Shown here: in pieces, positions 29,260-39,746 of the stretch
Layout: each line of letters starts with the position of its first letter
Numbering within the stretch: the first letter of the stretch is position 1
Assembly: GCA_963758495.1 (NCBI GenBank)
Contig: CAVWVI010000004.1
Coordinates: 448,001 to 512,000, forward strand
Direction: 5' to 3'
Origin: Oligoflexia bacterium
GTDB lineage: Bacteria; Bdellovibrionota; UBA1018
Length of the DNA stretch: 64,000 nt
The notes under the pieces: generated by a model
What the model was told of the DNA's origin: nothing
Database searches by the model: none
The model's input: only the letters and a program-made list of their open reading frames with translations
Position numbers and translations under genes: made by a program

Positions 29260-30379
29260 AACGACTGTAGATCAAACGAGTCAGCGAAATCCGTTGAAAA
29301 AGTTACCCGAAACAGTTTTTCGTCATCATGGACAGACGCTCTTAGGCCCTATGAAGGAATGGCAGAAGAGAAAACAAGCACCTCCTGTTCTTTTACTCAC
29401 TGGACAAACTGGCATTGGCAAAAAATCCATTGCCTATTTCATAGCTCAATGGATTCTCTGTGAAAGAAGTGGCTTTTCTCCACAATTTGACTCAAACAGT
29501 TCTTCTCTCCAACTCTCCCCCTGTAATCAATGCTCTTCTTGTCTAAAAATACTCTCTGGGAATCAAGTGGATCTCGTGGAGATCTCTTCTGAAACAGATG
29601 ATGAATCAGCCCAGACCTCTGGCTCCCTGAAGATTGATCAATTCCGAAAACTCAAGAACTCCACCGGCTTCGGAGCGCATGAAAGTCAGTTTAGGATGAT
29701 ACTCATCCCACACTCAGACCGAATGACCCCTCAGGCCTCCAACTCTGTTCTCAAACTTTTAGAAGAGACTCCTCCAGGATGGATTTTCATCCTCACAGCG
29801 AATGACCCCACACTGCTCCTCCCTACTTTAGTTTCTCGATGCCAGATTCTTCGACTCAAACCATTTTCTACAGACGAAATTCAAGAACTCTTGAAAGCAA
29901 ATGGAATAGACGGAGTAAAATGTAAGATTTGTGCAAATCTTGCGCAAGGGAGCTGGAGTCGAGCTCTCTCCTTTGCGCAACCCGAAATCTGGGAAAAAAG
30001 GCAGGTATTTTTTCAATTTTTAATGAATCCCACTACTGCTATCCAGTCTCTCATCGATTGGTGTTCTCAAGATTCTTCAAATTTATTCATACTTTTAGAT
30101 ATAATCGAACAACTCAGTGCCGATCTCATTCGTTGGACCACTTCAGAGAATCTCCCCTCTCTCGAAAACTATTCGTGGACCAATATAGATGGTAAAGACG
30201 CTCTCTCATTTCATGTTAAACAAGTCCTGCGCCACAGAGGAGGAATCCAAGCTGCAAGAGATTTCTGGATCGAGCGTGTGGAGCAGCTCGCTCAAGCCAG
30301 ACAAGAGCTACTAGCCCCCATCAACCGAAAACTTTTAATTCAAAACTTACTCCTTCCATGGATCGGAGCTGCTTCATGA
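29252..30379 (+). CDS. holB: DNA polymerase III delta-prime subunit
   Basis: GQTGIGK, CNQCSSC zinc motif, SNSVLKLLEE, LLPTLVSRC; follows tmk. Confidence 0.85.
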   Translation: MTKTTVDQTSQRNPLKKLPETVFRHHGQTLLGPMKEWQKRKQAPPVLLLTGQTGIGKKSIAYFIAQWILCERSGFSPQFDSNSSSLQLSPCNQCSSCLKILSGNQVDLVEISSETDDESAQTSGSLKIDQFRKLKNSTGFGAHESQFRMILIPHSDRMTPQASNSVLKLLEETPPGWIFILTANDPTLLLPTLVSRCQILRLKPFSTDEIQELLKANGIDGVKCKICANLAQGSWSRALSFAQPEIWEKRQVFFQFLMNPTTAIQSLIDWCSQDSSNLFILLDIIEQLSADLIRWTTSENLPSLENYSWTNIDGKDALSFHVKQVLRHRGGIQAARDFWIERVEQLAQARQELLAPINRKLLIQNLLLPWIGAAS

Positions 30380-31083
30380 TTTCCGTATCCCAAGTAAGCA
30401 AAAAATTTCAGGAAAACTGGATTTTTAGAAACCTATCTTTGGAGATCAATGATCAAGAATCCGTGGTGCTCATTGGTCCATCTGGCGGTGGAAAGAGTCT
30501 TCTCTTAAAAATGATTGCGGGACTGATCACTCCAGACGAAGGGAGCGTCACTTTAAAGAATCAAAATATTGGAATGTTATTTCAAAAAAATGCACTTTTT
30601 GATTCATTTACTGTAGAAGAAAACCTTTTATTCCCCTTAAGAGAGAGAATGGGAATCACAGGAGCACCCGCTCAAGAAAAAGCTGCACGCTTTTTAACTG
30701 CAGTAGGTTTGAAAGGATGTGAGGATCTTCTTCCAGATGAAATTTCTGGAGGCATGCAAAAAAGACTGGGAATTGCTCGCGCGCTCATTGTCGAGCCCGA
30801 ACTGATCCTTTACGATGAACCCACAGCCGGACTCGACCCCATCACTTCGAAAACCATAGCAGATTTAATTAAGTCTTTACGTATTGAAACTAAAAGCACT
30901 CTTCTCACCGTAACAAATGATATGCAGAGAGCCTACCAATTAGGTGATCGAATTTATTTACTTGCACAAGGGAGCCTATTCTTAGGAGGGACCCCTACTC
31001 AAGTTCAAGCAACAGATGATCTTAGAATGAGGCAGTTCATCTACGGGCTTAAACAAGGGCCCCTCACGTCGGGACTAGTATGA
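30376..31083 (+). CDS. mlaF: MlaF-like ABC ATPase, copy 1 (H-loop His replaced by Asn)
   Basis: GPSGGGKS, ISGGMQKR, YDEPTAGLDPIT, VTND. Confidence 0.85.
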   Translation: MISVSQVSKKFQENWIFRNLSLEINDQESVVLIGPSGGGKSLLLKMIAGLITPDEGSVTLKNQNIGMLFQKNALFDSFTVEENLLFPLRERMGITGAPAQEKAARFLTAVGLKGCEDLLPDEISGGMQKRLGIARALIVEPELILYDEPTAGLDPITSKTIADLIKSLRIETKSTLLTVTNDMQRAYQLGDRIYLLAQGSLFLGGTPTQVQATDDLRMRQFIYGLKQGPLTSGLV

Positions 31084-31874
31084 GTATTTACTTTGAGAAG
31101 GTGACTAAATCATTTGGTTCAAAAACTATTCTTCGTGACGTTTCCTTTCAAGTGGCCACGGGAGAAATCCTCTTTATTTTAGGTAAAAGTGGCATGGGAA
31201 AATCAGTGACCCTCAAGCATATTGTAGGAGTCATGAAGCCTGACTCAGGTCGTGTCTTTGTAGATCAAGAAGATGTCACTCTACTTCGAGAAAATGATCT
31301 CGCTCGTATTCGCAGAAAATGCGGAATGGTATTCCAGCAGCCGGCTTTATTAGATTCCCTCTCTATCTATGATAATGTTGCATTTGGCTTGAAAACAACT
31401 CAATACACCCAAAGTATCTCACGATCATTGACTGAAAGCGAAATCACAAAAAAAGTGATTGAGAAACTCGCCTTAGTCAATCTCGGTCCAGAGATCCTTT
31501 CCCGGTTTCCACCCGAGATCTCTTACGGAATGCAAAAACGAGTTTCACTCGCAAGAACACTCGCACCTGACCCTACTTATCTTTTATTTGATGAACCCAC
31601 AACTGGACTTGACCCCATCACCACAAACGCCGTGAATGAGCTCATTTTAAACTTATCTAGAAAACTTCGGGTAACCAGTGTAGTCGTATCGCACGATATG
31701 GCATGTGCTTTAAAAATTGCAGATCAAATTTTAGTCCTCGATCAAGCCCGCATCTTAGCCCATGCGCCAGTTTCAGTGATTAAAAAGTCTCGAGAGCCTC
31801 TCATTCAGGAATTTCTTTCTGAAACATTGGCTCTCCTCTCCCCTGAAGATCGAAGGGACGATTCTCATTTATGA
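31080..31874 (+). CDS. mlaF: MlaF-like ABC ATPase, copy 2 (degenerate signature)
   Basis: GKSGMGKS, ISYGMQKR, FDEPTTGLDPIT, VSHD. Confidence 0.85.
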   Translation: MSIYFEKVTKSFGSKTILRDVSFQVATGEILFILGKSGMGKSVTLKHIVGVMKPDSGRVFVDQEDVTLLRENDLARIRRKCGMVFQQPALLDSLSIYDNVAFGLKTTQYTQSISRSLTESEITKKVIEKLALVNLGPEILSRFPPEISYGMQKRVSLARTLAPDPTYLLFDEPTTGLDPITTNAVNELILNLSRKLRVTSVVVSHDMACALKIADQILVLDQARILAHAPVSVIKKSREPLIQEFLSETLALLSPEDRRDDSHL

Positions 31875-32674
31875 ATCAGCTATTCGAAAACACGATCATG
31901 AAACTTTTGGACGAGCTCGGGAGCGTTTGTCTTTTCTTTCTTACTGTCGTCCGAACTTTTTTTTCGACTCGCGGAAATTTTCGACCTATTATCGCTCAGA
32001 TTTCATTTGTTTCTTTTCGCTCTTTATCTACGATTGCATTTGCAGGAGTTTTTGTAGGAGCTATTCTTGTTCTTCAATTCAATTTAATTCTAGCCCAATA
32101 CGACTCCCAATCCCTACTGGGAGGCCTGAATACATCCAGCGTAGTTCGTGAAGTAGGCCCATTGATTATCTCATTCTTACTTGCAGGAAAGATTGGTGCT
32201 TACACAGCTGCCGAACTCGGAACCATGAGAGTTACCGAACAAATTGATGCTATTGAATGTCTGGGTGTCAATCCAATCCAGTACCTAATTGTCCCACGCC
32301 TCATTGGCATTGCTATTTCAAGCCTCATTTTGCTCATCATTGGACTCATAGTCAGCGTAGTCGGCTCCATGTTGGTAGCCTATGTGGCTTGTAATATCAA
32401 TTTTCTTGAATTTACTTCAAGCATTCCCCGCTTCACTTCTTTTTCGAGCATAGCGGGGGGATTGTTTAAGTCCATCGTTTATGGAACAATCGTTGCGACT
32501 GTTTCATGTCAAAAGGGATTTACAGCGACCGGCGGAGCAAGAGGGGTAGGTAGAGCCGTCACCTCAGCCGCGGTATTTACAAATTTTTACATTTTATTGG
32601 CTAACTATTTGACGAGTTATTTGATCGAGTTTATCAGCAACTTAGCACCCTTCTTTTATAGGATCCACCTATGA
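31871..32674 (+). CDS. mlaE: MlaE/YrbE permease, copy 1
   Basis: REVGPLI, AELGTMRVTEQIDAIECLGVNP. Confidence 0.9.
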   Translation: MNQLFENTIMKLLDELGSVCLFFLTVVRTFFSTRGNFRPIIAQISFVSFRSLSTIAFAGVFVGAILVLQFNLILAQYDSQSLLGGLNTSSVVREVGPLIISFLLAGKIGAYTAAELGTMRVTEQIDAIECLGVNPIQYLIVPRLIGIAISSLILLIIGLIVSVVGSMLVAYVACNINFLEFTSSIPRFTSFSSIAGGLFKSIVYGTIVATVSCQKGFTATGGARGVGRAVTSAAVFTNFYILLANYLTSYLIEFISNLAPFFYRIHL

Positions 32675-33489
32675 ACGCTGAAACTACTATCCTCCCTTCT
32701 CTCTGGATCAAAGTTCTCCATAAATTGGGGTCCCCCATTCAAGCGCAACTCTCTATTCTTTGCGAAATCTTCATCCTCTTTTTTCAAATATTAAAAAGGT
32801 TTTTTCGACTCAACTGTTGGAGATGGAGCGAAATTATTCAATCCATTGTTCAATCTGGAATCGGCAGTCTTCCTATTATTGCAATTTCTACAGCTTCTGC
32901 GGGACTCGTGATTACCAATGAAATCGCATGGCATATGAACTTTGCTCTTCATTCAGTAACGATGATTCCCGGCTTTGCTGGGCAATTCATCATTCGGGAA
33001 TTAGGAATTGCAATTCCAGCTCTTTTGCTGGTCTCAAAGGTAGGGGCAGCTACCACGGCAGAAATTGGAAGTATGAAGGTCACCGAACAAATTGATGCGC
33101 TTAAGCTGCTCGGTATTGATCCCATTAATTATCTTGTTTTTCCTCGATTTATCGCGACCATTGTCTCAAGCACCTGTCTTACTTTAATTTCAATTTTTAT
33201 TACGCTGACCTGTGCTACTTTTATTTCGGTAACTCGCTATAATTTTTCTGTACTTGAATTTTTAAATGCACTGAAACATTTTGTTGGCGCAAAAGATATC
33301 GTTTGCGCTCTTGTAAAAGGAAGCATTTACGGAGCCGTGATACCGATCATCTCTTGTGCTTATGGTTTTAGATGTAAGGGTGGCGCTAACGGCGTGGGAA
33401 CTGCCACGACCGATTCCGTTGTCTCATCTACCATCGCTATTATTATATTAGATTTCGTTTTGACTTATATTTTTACGCTTATTCTTTGA
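32671..33489 (+). CDS. mlaE: MlaE/YrbE permease, copy 2
   Basis: RELGIAI, AEIGSMKVTEQIDALKLLGIDP. Confidence 0.9.
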   Translation: MNAETTILPSLWIKVLHKLGSPIQAQLSILCEIFILFFQILKRFFRLNCWRWSEIIQSIVQSGIGSLPIIAISTASAGLVITNEIAWHMNFALHSVTMIPGFAGQFIIRELGIAIPALLLVSKVGAATTAEIGSMKVTEQIDALKLLGIDPINYLVFPRFIATIVSSTCLTLISIFITLTCATFISVTRYNFSVLEFLNALKHFVGAKDIVCALVKGSIYGAVIPIISCAYGFRCKGGANGVGTATTDSVVSSTIAIIILDFVLTYIFTLIL

Positions 33490-33493
33490 AAGG

Positions 33494-34339
33494 ATGTACT
33501 TCGTGAAAATTTCTAATGAAGCAAAAGTAGGCGGTCTCGTTTTAGCTACGGGTATTCTTGCGTTTATATTTGCCAAGGTAGTCGGAATTCAAAATCCCTT
33601 TGGCCAATCTGTCAATTTCTATGTCACCTATAATTTTGCAGGAGGAATTGAAGTCGGTTCTCCAGTAAGAGTATCAGGAATTAAAGTGGGGCAAGTTGAA
33701 AGTATTGAATTCTTTTCAGCCATAGATCCGAAAGACCCTAAACTCATTGCACTGAAAGAGCCAGGAAGTGATGTAACTGACAATGGAAAGGTCATCACTC
33801 CTTTAAAAGTAAAAATCTCTGTTCGAAAAGACGCTGCTGTCGGTGTCAGAAAAGATAGTCGTTTCTATATCAACCTAGCTGGAATTATTGGTGAACGATA
33901 TATTGAAATCACTCCGGGCCATTTTAAGTCTCCCCAAGTTCAAGCTGGCAATATAGTCGCAGGAATTGACCCTCCACGAATTGACCAACTCATTTCCCAA
34001 AGCTTTGATTTAGCTGGAAAAATCAAAGACATCGTAGATGAAAACAAGGGGGATATCACCCGCTCCATAGATCTTCTCTACAAGTTTAGTGGAAATTTAA
34101 ACAAAACCCTCGGCTGGGTTGATAAAAGTGCGATATTTAAGACTGACCTGTCTAAGTTGGTTGGAAATTTAATCGCCATTACGACAGACTTCCGCAAAGT
34201 GACAGATCAACTTCACTCACCGGAGGGAGAGAAAACTCTCAGTCTCCTTTATAAATTGCTCTGGCGATTAGAGCCTCTGGATTCCAAAGTGATCCGAGGC
34301 TTTTTACAAAAAGAAGGTGTGAAGGTTCAGCTATTTTAA
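33494..34339 (+). CDS. mlaD: MlaD/MCE-domain protein
   Basis: N-terminal TM, GGIEVGSPVRVSGIKVGQV, GIIGERYIEITPG, helical tail. Confidence 0.9.
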   Translation: MYFVKISNEAKVGGLVLATGILAFIFAKVVGIQNPFGQSVNFYVTYNFAGGIEVGSPVRVSGIKVGQVESIEFFSAIDPKDPKLIALKEPGSDVTDNGKVITPLKVKISVRKDAAVGVRKDSRFYINLAGIIGERYIEITPGHFKSPQVQAGNIVAGIDPPRIDQLISQSFDLAGKIKDIVDENKGDITRSIDLLYKFSGNLNKTLGWVDKSAIFKTDLSKLVGNLIAITTDFRKVTDQLHSPEGEKTLSLLYKLLWRLEPLDSKVIRGFLQKEGVKVQLF

Positions 34340-34351
34340 CTGACTGCAATA

Positions 34352-35359
34352 TTAAAACGTAATACCGAGAAGCACATTTTTAAAGCGCTCCTCCGTGCAA
34401 CGTCCTAATGCAGGTGACGAGGCTTCATACCAATTGGATAAAATGCGCTCTGATACTCGCGGCCTGTGGTGATATTCTCGATTTCGAGAAATATGATCGG
34501 CAAGCCAAATCAACGTTGCACGCATATAGGCCGTACTTCCTAATCTAGATGCGAGAAAGGGCTGGTGATGATACATCACTACCCAACTTGAATCTGAAAG
34601 AAAACCTAGATTCCATAAGATGAAATGCCCGAAAGTATCATGAGGCATCCCCTCTTCCTCAACTTCCCTCATCCACATTTGATCAGGTAAAGTTTTTTCT
34701 CTTTTAATTTGCTCTAAAGTGAAAGCGTCCTTGTCCGAATAAATGACAAACTTTCCTATATCATGCAAAATTCCATCTACACAAAGATCTTTCTCTAAGT
34801 TTAAATCCGGTAATAAACCTCTCGCTAATTGACACGCTATGTTTGCTACCTGAAGTCCATGCTTCCACAGTTCATCTACAAACAGAGGGCGCTCGATTTT
34901 TATGCCTTCTTCGGTGGGCTGAGTCAAAATTGAAACAAGTATGTCAAAAACTAGACCGGCCACAAAATAGTCGGCAGAAAGCATTCCCTCAATCCCATAG
35001 ATAGATTCTCCTGCTAAGGCATAATGGAGCGTCCTAGATACGCTAGGATCGTCAGGGATAAGATCTTTATCATTTCGTCGAATCATTGAAGCCGCCAGAA
35101 AGTTTCTGGAAGATAAAAAGCCGATCATACTCAAAGCGACGGCGGCTGAAGTGACGGGTTCTTTCAATCGCGCTGCAAAGACGGAATTAGCCACACTCAG
35201 GAGATTGGTTTCAATTTCATGATTCTCCTGCAATATTTTTGCAAAATCAGTGTACTTTCCCCCCGCAAAGCGTAATTGCCTCAAAAACTCAATTTCTGAG
35301 GGGGAGTAAAAGATCGGCACTAAGAATTCCTTAACAAACTTGCTAAAGTCTATAGACAC
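34352..35359 (-). CDS. HDOD-domain protein
   Basis: LLSVANS, LWKHG, GILHDIGK, PHDTFG, YHHQP. Confidence 0.75.
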   Translation of the reverse strand: MSIDFSKFVKEFLVPIFYSPSEIEFLRQLRFAGGKYTDFAKILQENHEIETNLLSVANSVFAARLKEPVTSAAVALSMIGFLSSRNFLAASMIRRNDKDLIPDDPSVSRTLHYALAGESIYGIEGMLSADYFVAGLVFDILVSILTQPTEEGIKIERPLFVDELWKHGLQVANIACQLARGLLPDLNLEKDLCVDGILHDIGKFVIYSDKDAFTLEQIKREKTLPDQMWMREVEEEGMPHDTFGHFILWNLGFLSDSSWVVMYHHQPFLASRLGSTAYMRATLIWLADHISRNREYHHRPRVSERILSNWYEASSPALGRCTEERFKNVLLGITF

Positions 35360-35432
35360 TTCTAAAATTCTAAAGGAAAGCTGTGAAAAATGCCAAAGTC
35401 GAATTTAAAGAATAGGAAAGAGTACAAAGCGA

Positions 35433-36023
35433 ATGAAATTTAAGCTTCAAAGTACCCCCGAAGGAATCGTGATTTGCCGCATCAAAGAACCCCTTTCAAA
35501 GATAGAAAGTGATCAAGTCACTCAAGGAATTGAAAGAATTCTAACTAGTGGTAAATCTAAACTAATTTTGGAATTTAGCCTCAATGCTGCCCTTGGCGCG
35601 CCCTACTTAGAAAAATCCTTACGCACCCTCAAAGCTACCGCAGGGAGATTAGGTGGCGATATTAAATACGTAGTACCTGACCCTATTGGACAACGTATTT
35701 TTGGCTCAGTCACTCAACTCGATGTAGCCATAAAAAGTCTATTAGAACTCAAAGGAATTCCTCAACCGAACCCTGTTGGGGAGCCCGTTCCAGAAAAAAA
35801 GCCTGAAAAAGAAAAAAAGGATCCTCCGGATGAAACTCTCCTGACCCTTGAAATGAAGAAATTAACTAATGAAAACCGCATCTTAACAGAAAAAGTGAGA
35901 GAACTTTTGCAGATTGTACGTCAACCCAGCACTAATGAAGATCTCAAACTAGCCGTAGATCATTATCGAAAACTCGCAACAGAAGTGGAGGCGAACCAAA
36001 ATCCTTATATTAAGAAGAAGTAA
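35433..36023 (+). CDS. Hypothetical protein (STAS-like N-terminus, coiled-coil C-terminus)
   Basis: Clean ORF; alpha/beta N-terminal pattern, Pro/Lys linker, coiled coil. Domain call is tentative. Confidence 0.5.
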   Translation: MKFKLQSTPEGIVICRIKEPLSKIESDQVTQGIERILTSGKSKLILEFSLNAALGAPYLEKSLRTLKATAGRLGGDIKYVVPDPIGQRIFGSVTQLDVAIKSLLELKGIPQPNPVGEPVPEKKPEKEKKDPPDETLLTLEMKKLTNENRILTEKVRELLQIVRQPSTNEDLKLAVDHYRKLATEVEANQNPYIKKK

Positions 36024-36030
36024 GCACGTT

Positions 36031-37806
36031 TCAAGAAATCATCTGCTGCTGCCACTGAGATCTTCGATCTAATTCTTCTCGCAATAGCTCGAGTTCTTTT
36101 TTGACATCCTGCTGATTGAGTCCTCTCTCTTCCGCCCAAACTTGCGCCAACGCTTCTGCCCAAGGCAAACCACGATCTTTACGAGTCGCGTAGAGGGGGA
36201 TTCTCCTCAGATAGAAATCTTCCAAATGTAAAACCATTTCTGTACGAATCGAGTGCCTCAACTGAGCAAGCAGGCAAGGAAACCCTGCTGGATCTGAAAC
36301 GCCATGATTGCCACGCAGATGATTTGCATCTTCATAAATAGAAAGTGCTTCAGCACCATAGCGACCTAAGAGTTCTTCCGGTAATTTCATACCTTTTTGA
36401 AGTGCCTCTTCTCTACAACGTTGAATCGACTCTGGGATGGCTTGAGGATTAACAGGTGCCCGCGTGCGAGAGGACTGAATAGAATGAGAAGGTTTCGGAA
36501 AGTCACCCCAAGTCTCCAAAGCAAAATCTACGATTTCTTCTGCCATTTTTCGGTGAGTGGTATATTTGCCACCCGCAACAATCACCGTACCTCCAGGCCC
36601 AAGAGCAATGTGATGTTCGCGACTCACTTTTTGAAGAATACCGGAATGATCTGTTTGATTAGAACCGTCTCCGTTATCAGATACGTTTTCAGGTGAAGCA
36701 CTGGGTCCTTGGCCATCAGTCGAACTTCCTGCATTTCCCATTAAGGGTCTCACGCCCACATAAGCACTTAGGATATCCGAAGTTGTAAGTTTTAATGTAG
36801 GAAAATACTGAGTAAGAAGACCCATCAAATACTGCACATCGTCTCGCGTGATTTCTGCTTGATCGGGATCTCTTGGAGTAGGACCATCCGTAGTACCCAC
36901 AATCACTACCCCTGTCCCATAATCTGAACGGGGAATGACAAACGCCACCCGTCCATCCTGAGGGTGACTCATTACCATGGCACCCGGTAAAGGTAACTTC
37001 TTAAGATCGAAGAGGAGATGAATGCCTTTGCTTGGATTCAACCAACGACGCCAATTTTTAGATAATTTTTCACCGATTTGATCTGTCCACGGTCCAGTAC
37101 AAACTACGGTCCGATGGGCTCTCAATTTCCATTCTTCTCTACCCTGAGATTGCTCAAGATCTCGGACACGAAATCCCGCAATTTGCTTACCGTTCCAAAG
37201 AGGCTCTAAAGCTTCCACATAATTCGCTACAGCGGCTCCTTCATTTTGTGCAGCTCTCAGCGTTTCAACAGCTAAGACATCATCCCACATGGAGGCATCA
37301 AAATACCTAAATCCCCCCTTCAATCCATCCGCGCGCAAAAATGGAATATCCGCTAAAATTTTCTTTCGAGAGAGTCCACGATGAAATCCAGGAGTCCTAA
37401 AGAGTGCGAGTAAATCATAAAGCCATAATCCAAGGGACAATAAGCCACGGCCATGAGAGTCCCCCTGATAAACAGGTAAATAAAATGGCATCGGCCGAAC
37501 CATGTGGGGGGCCGTTTTTAATAATAACGACCGCTCTGCTAAGGCTTCAAAAACTAATCCAAGTTCTGCATTTTGGAGATACCGCAAACCACCATGAATT
37601 AACTTAGAACTACGGGAGGATGTCCCAAATGCAAAATCCCTTCGCTCCACCAAGGCTACTTTTAAACCCCGCGAAGTTGCATCTCGTGCAACGGCTGCTC
37701 CAGTAATTCCACCTCCAATCACGAGTAAATCAAAAGTTTCATTTTTCAAGCGCTGGAGCGATTTCTCACGAGTACGAAATGAGAATTCTCCCACTGAATT
37801 CGGCAT
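36031..37806 (-). CDS. glpD: FAD-dependent glycerol-3-phosphate dehydrogenase
   Basis: IGGGITG, GTSSRSSKLIHGGLRYL, GVRPL, GGKYTTHR. Confidence 0.92.
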   Translation of the reverse strand: MPNSVGEFSFRTREKSLQRLKNETFDLLVIGGGITGAAVARDATSRGLKVALVERRDFAFGTSSRSSKLIHGGLRYLQNAELGLVFEALAERSLLLKTAPHMVRPMPFYLPVYQGDSHGRGLLSLGLWLYDLLALFRTPGFHRGLSRKKILADIPFLRADGLKGGFRYFDASMWDDVLAVETLRAAQNEGAAVANYVEALEPLWNGKQIAGFRVRDLEQSQGREEWKLRAHRTVVCTGPWTDQIGEKLSKNWRRWLNPSKGIHLLFDLKKLPLPGAMVMSHPQDGRVAFVIPRSDYGTGVVIVGTTDGPTPRDPDQAEITRDDVQYLMGLLTQYFPTLKLTTSDILSAYVGVRPLMGNAGSSTDGQGPSASPENVSDNGDGSNQTDHSGILQKVSREHHIALGPGGTVIVAGGKYTTHRKMAEEIVDFALETWGDFPKPSHSIQSSRTRAPVNPQAIPESIQRCREEALQKGMKLPEELLGRYGAEALSIYEDANHLRGNHGVSDPAGFPCLLAQLRHSIRTEMVLHLEDFYLRRIPLYATRKDRGLPWAEALAQVWAEERGLNQQDVKKELELLREELDRRSQWQQQMIS

Positions 37807-37808
37807 GA

Positions 37809-39638
37809 CTATTCCTTTTTCGATCGAGTCACTGAAATTCCTAATTCAACCAATTGTTCAGGATTCACCGACGAAGGCGTTTCTGACATCAAGCAGTGTC
37901 CCTTTTGAGTTTTAGGAAAAGCCATCACATCTCGAATTGGACCTACTCCACAAAGCAAAGCAGCCATCCGATCTACTCCAAAGGCAATCCCTCCATGAGG
38001 AGGTGTCCCATACTGAAGAGCGTCCAAGAAAAATCCAAACTTCTCTTTTGCTTCTTCAGGAGTAAGACCCAAAAGTTTAAACATAGCTGCCTGAACATCA
38101 GGGCGATAGATCCTCAAACTTCCCCCCCCAATTTCCACTCCATTCAAAACCATATCGTAAGCGGAAGCTTCGATTTGTTCCAGGTTTCGACCTTGAATAA
38201 AATCCTGAAAAAATTCGGGTCGTGGAGAAGTAAAAGGATGATGACAAGCATAGTAGCGATTTTCTTTCTCATTAAATTCCATGAGTGGAAAGTTTACAAC
38301 CCAAAGAAAGGCCGGCTTTCCTTCGCCTAATTTTGGAATCATTCCCAACTTATCGGCTACCGACAGACGAATTGCGCCCAATGCATCGAAGACTACTTTA
38401 TTTTGAGCGTCTGCAATAGCCAGAACCAAATGCCCTGGCTTCAAACCGAGGACCCGTTTCAATGCTTCTTTTTCCGAATCAGAAAAGAACTTAGCGGCAG
38501 GAGACTGCAAATCTCCGTTTGCTTGAACCTTCATCCAAAGAAGTCCCTTCGCTCCAAAACTAGCGGCATAGGCTTGCAAATCATCTAAATCTTTTCGCGA
38601 AAATTTATCGGCCTGTTCAGGCACGACAATTGCCCTAACAGAACCCTTTTTACCGCGAGAATTGACAGATAAAGCATTTTGAAATACTTGAAAAGTACTT
38701 GCCTTAAATATTTCGGATAAGTCATTTAATTCTAATCCAAATCTTACGTCTGGCTTATCGCTACCAAAGCGACTCATCGCTTCAGCATAAGGCATCCTTG
38801 GAAAAGGAGTTTTAATCTCTTGTCCTAAAATTTCTTTCCAAACCTGAGCGATCATTGATTCTAGAATAGGGAAAAAAGCTTCTTCGTCCAAAAATGACGT
38901 TTCAATATCAATTTGTGAAAATTCAGGCTGACGATCCGCTCTTAAATCCTCATCACGAAAGCAGCGAGCGATTTGATAATAACGATCCATACCACTAATC
39001 ATCAAGAGCTGCTTCAATGTCTGCGGTGACTGCGGCAGGGCATAAAAATCGCCTGGATTCAAACGACTTGGAACAATAAAATCTCGAGCACCCTCTGGAG
39101 TAGATTTATAAAGAATAGGAGTTTCAATTTCTAAAAACCGATGATGATCCAGATGATTCCGAACGATAGAAAGCATTCGATGCCGGATCATCAAATTATG
39201 CTGCAAGGTGGGTCGGCGTAGATCCAAATATCGATACTTAAGGCGAACAGTCTCTGCAACATCAACCTCATCATCGATTGCAAAGGGAGGTGTCTTTGCT
39301 TCAGACAAGATCACCAATTGCGTGCAGGCTACTTCGATTTCACCCGTTTTTAGCTTAGAGTTAATCATCCCTTGCGGGCGATTACGAACTCTTCCTTTAC
39401 ACCAAATGACAAATTCAGACCTAAGTTTCCCTGCCAATTCATAAGCTTGAGTGCTATCCTCTAAAGCCGGATCAAAAACGACTTGAACCACCCCATAACG
39501 ATCCCGAAGATCAATAAAAACCAGACCTCCATGATCCCTTCGCTTGGTCACCCAACCGCAAAGCGAAATCTCTTGTCCCAAATCCTGAGTTGTTAATTCT
39601 CCACAAGTATGCGACCTAACTGTCCTTTGTTGCGCCAT
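37809..39638 (-). CDS. aspS: Aspartate--tRNA ligase
   Basis: RRDHGG, ALPQSPQ, CFRDEDLRADRQPEF, GTPPHGGIAFGVDR. Confidence 0.97.
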   Translation of the reverse strand: MAQQRTVRSHTCGELTTQDLGQEISLCGWVTKRRDHGGLVFIDLRDRYGVVQVVFDPALEDSTQAYELAGKLRSEFVIWCKGRVRNRPQGMINSKLKTGEIEVACTQLVILSEAKTPPFAIDDEVDVAETVRLKYRYLDLRRPTLQHNLMIRHRMLSIVRNHLDHHRFLEIETPILYKSTPEGARDFIVPSRLNPGDFYALPQSPQTLKQLLMISGMDRYYQIARCFRDEDLRADRQPEFSQIDIETSFLDEEAFFPILESMIAQVWKEILGQEIKTPFPRMPYAEAMSRFGSDKPDVRFGLELNDLSEIFKASTFQVFQNALSVNSRGKKGSVRAIVVPEQADKFSRKDLDDLQAYAASFGAKGLLWMKVQANGDLQSPAAKFFSDSEKEALKRVLGLKPGHLVLAIADAQNKVVFDALGAIRLSVADKLGMIPKLGEGKPAFLWVVNFPLMEFNEKENRYYACHHPFTSPRPEFFQDFIQGRNLEQIEASAYDMVLNGVEIGGGSLRIYRPDVQAAMFKLLGLTPEEAKEKFGFFLDALQYGTPPHGGIAFGVDRMAALLCGVGPIRDVMAFPKTQKGHCLMSETPSSVNPEQLVELGISVTRSKKE

Positions 39639-39691
39639 CCTGTGTTATTAACACCTCACCTTGACTTAGTCTAGACCCGTCGGCCCTCATA

Positions 39692-39739
39692 ATTCATATG
39701 ACAATACATATGGCAATACAGATGGCCATTCATATGATA
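39692..39739. repeat. Four degenerate 12-bp tandem repeats upstream of aspS
   Basis: ATTCATATGACA ATACATATGGCA ATACAGATGGCC ATTCATATGATA. Confidence 0.75.
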
Positions 39740-39746
39740 ATTCCTA

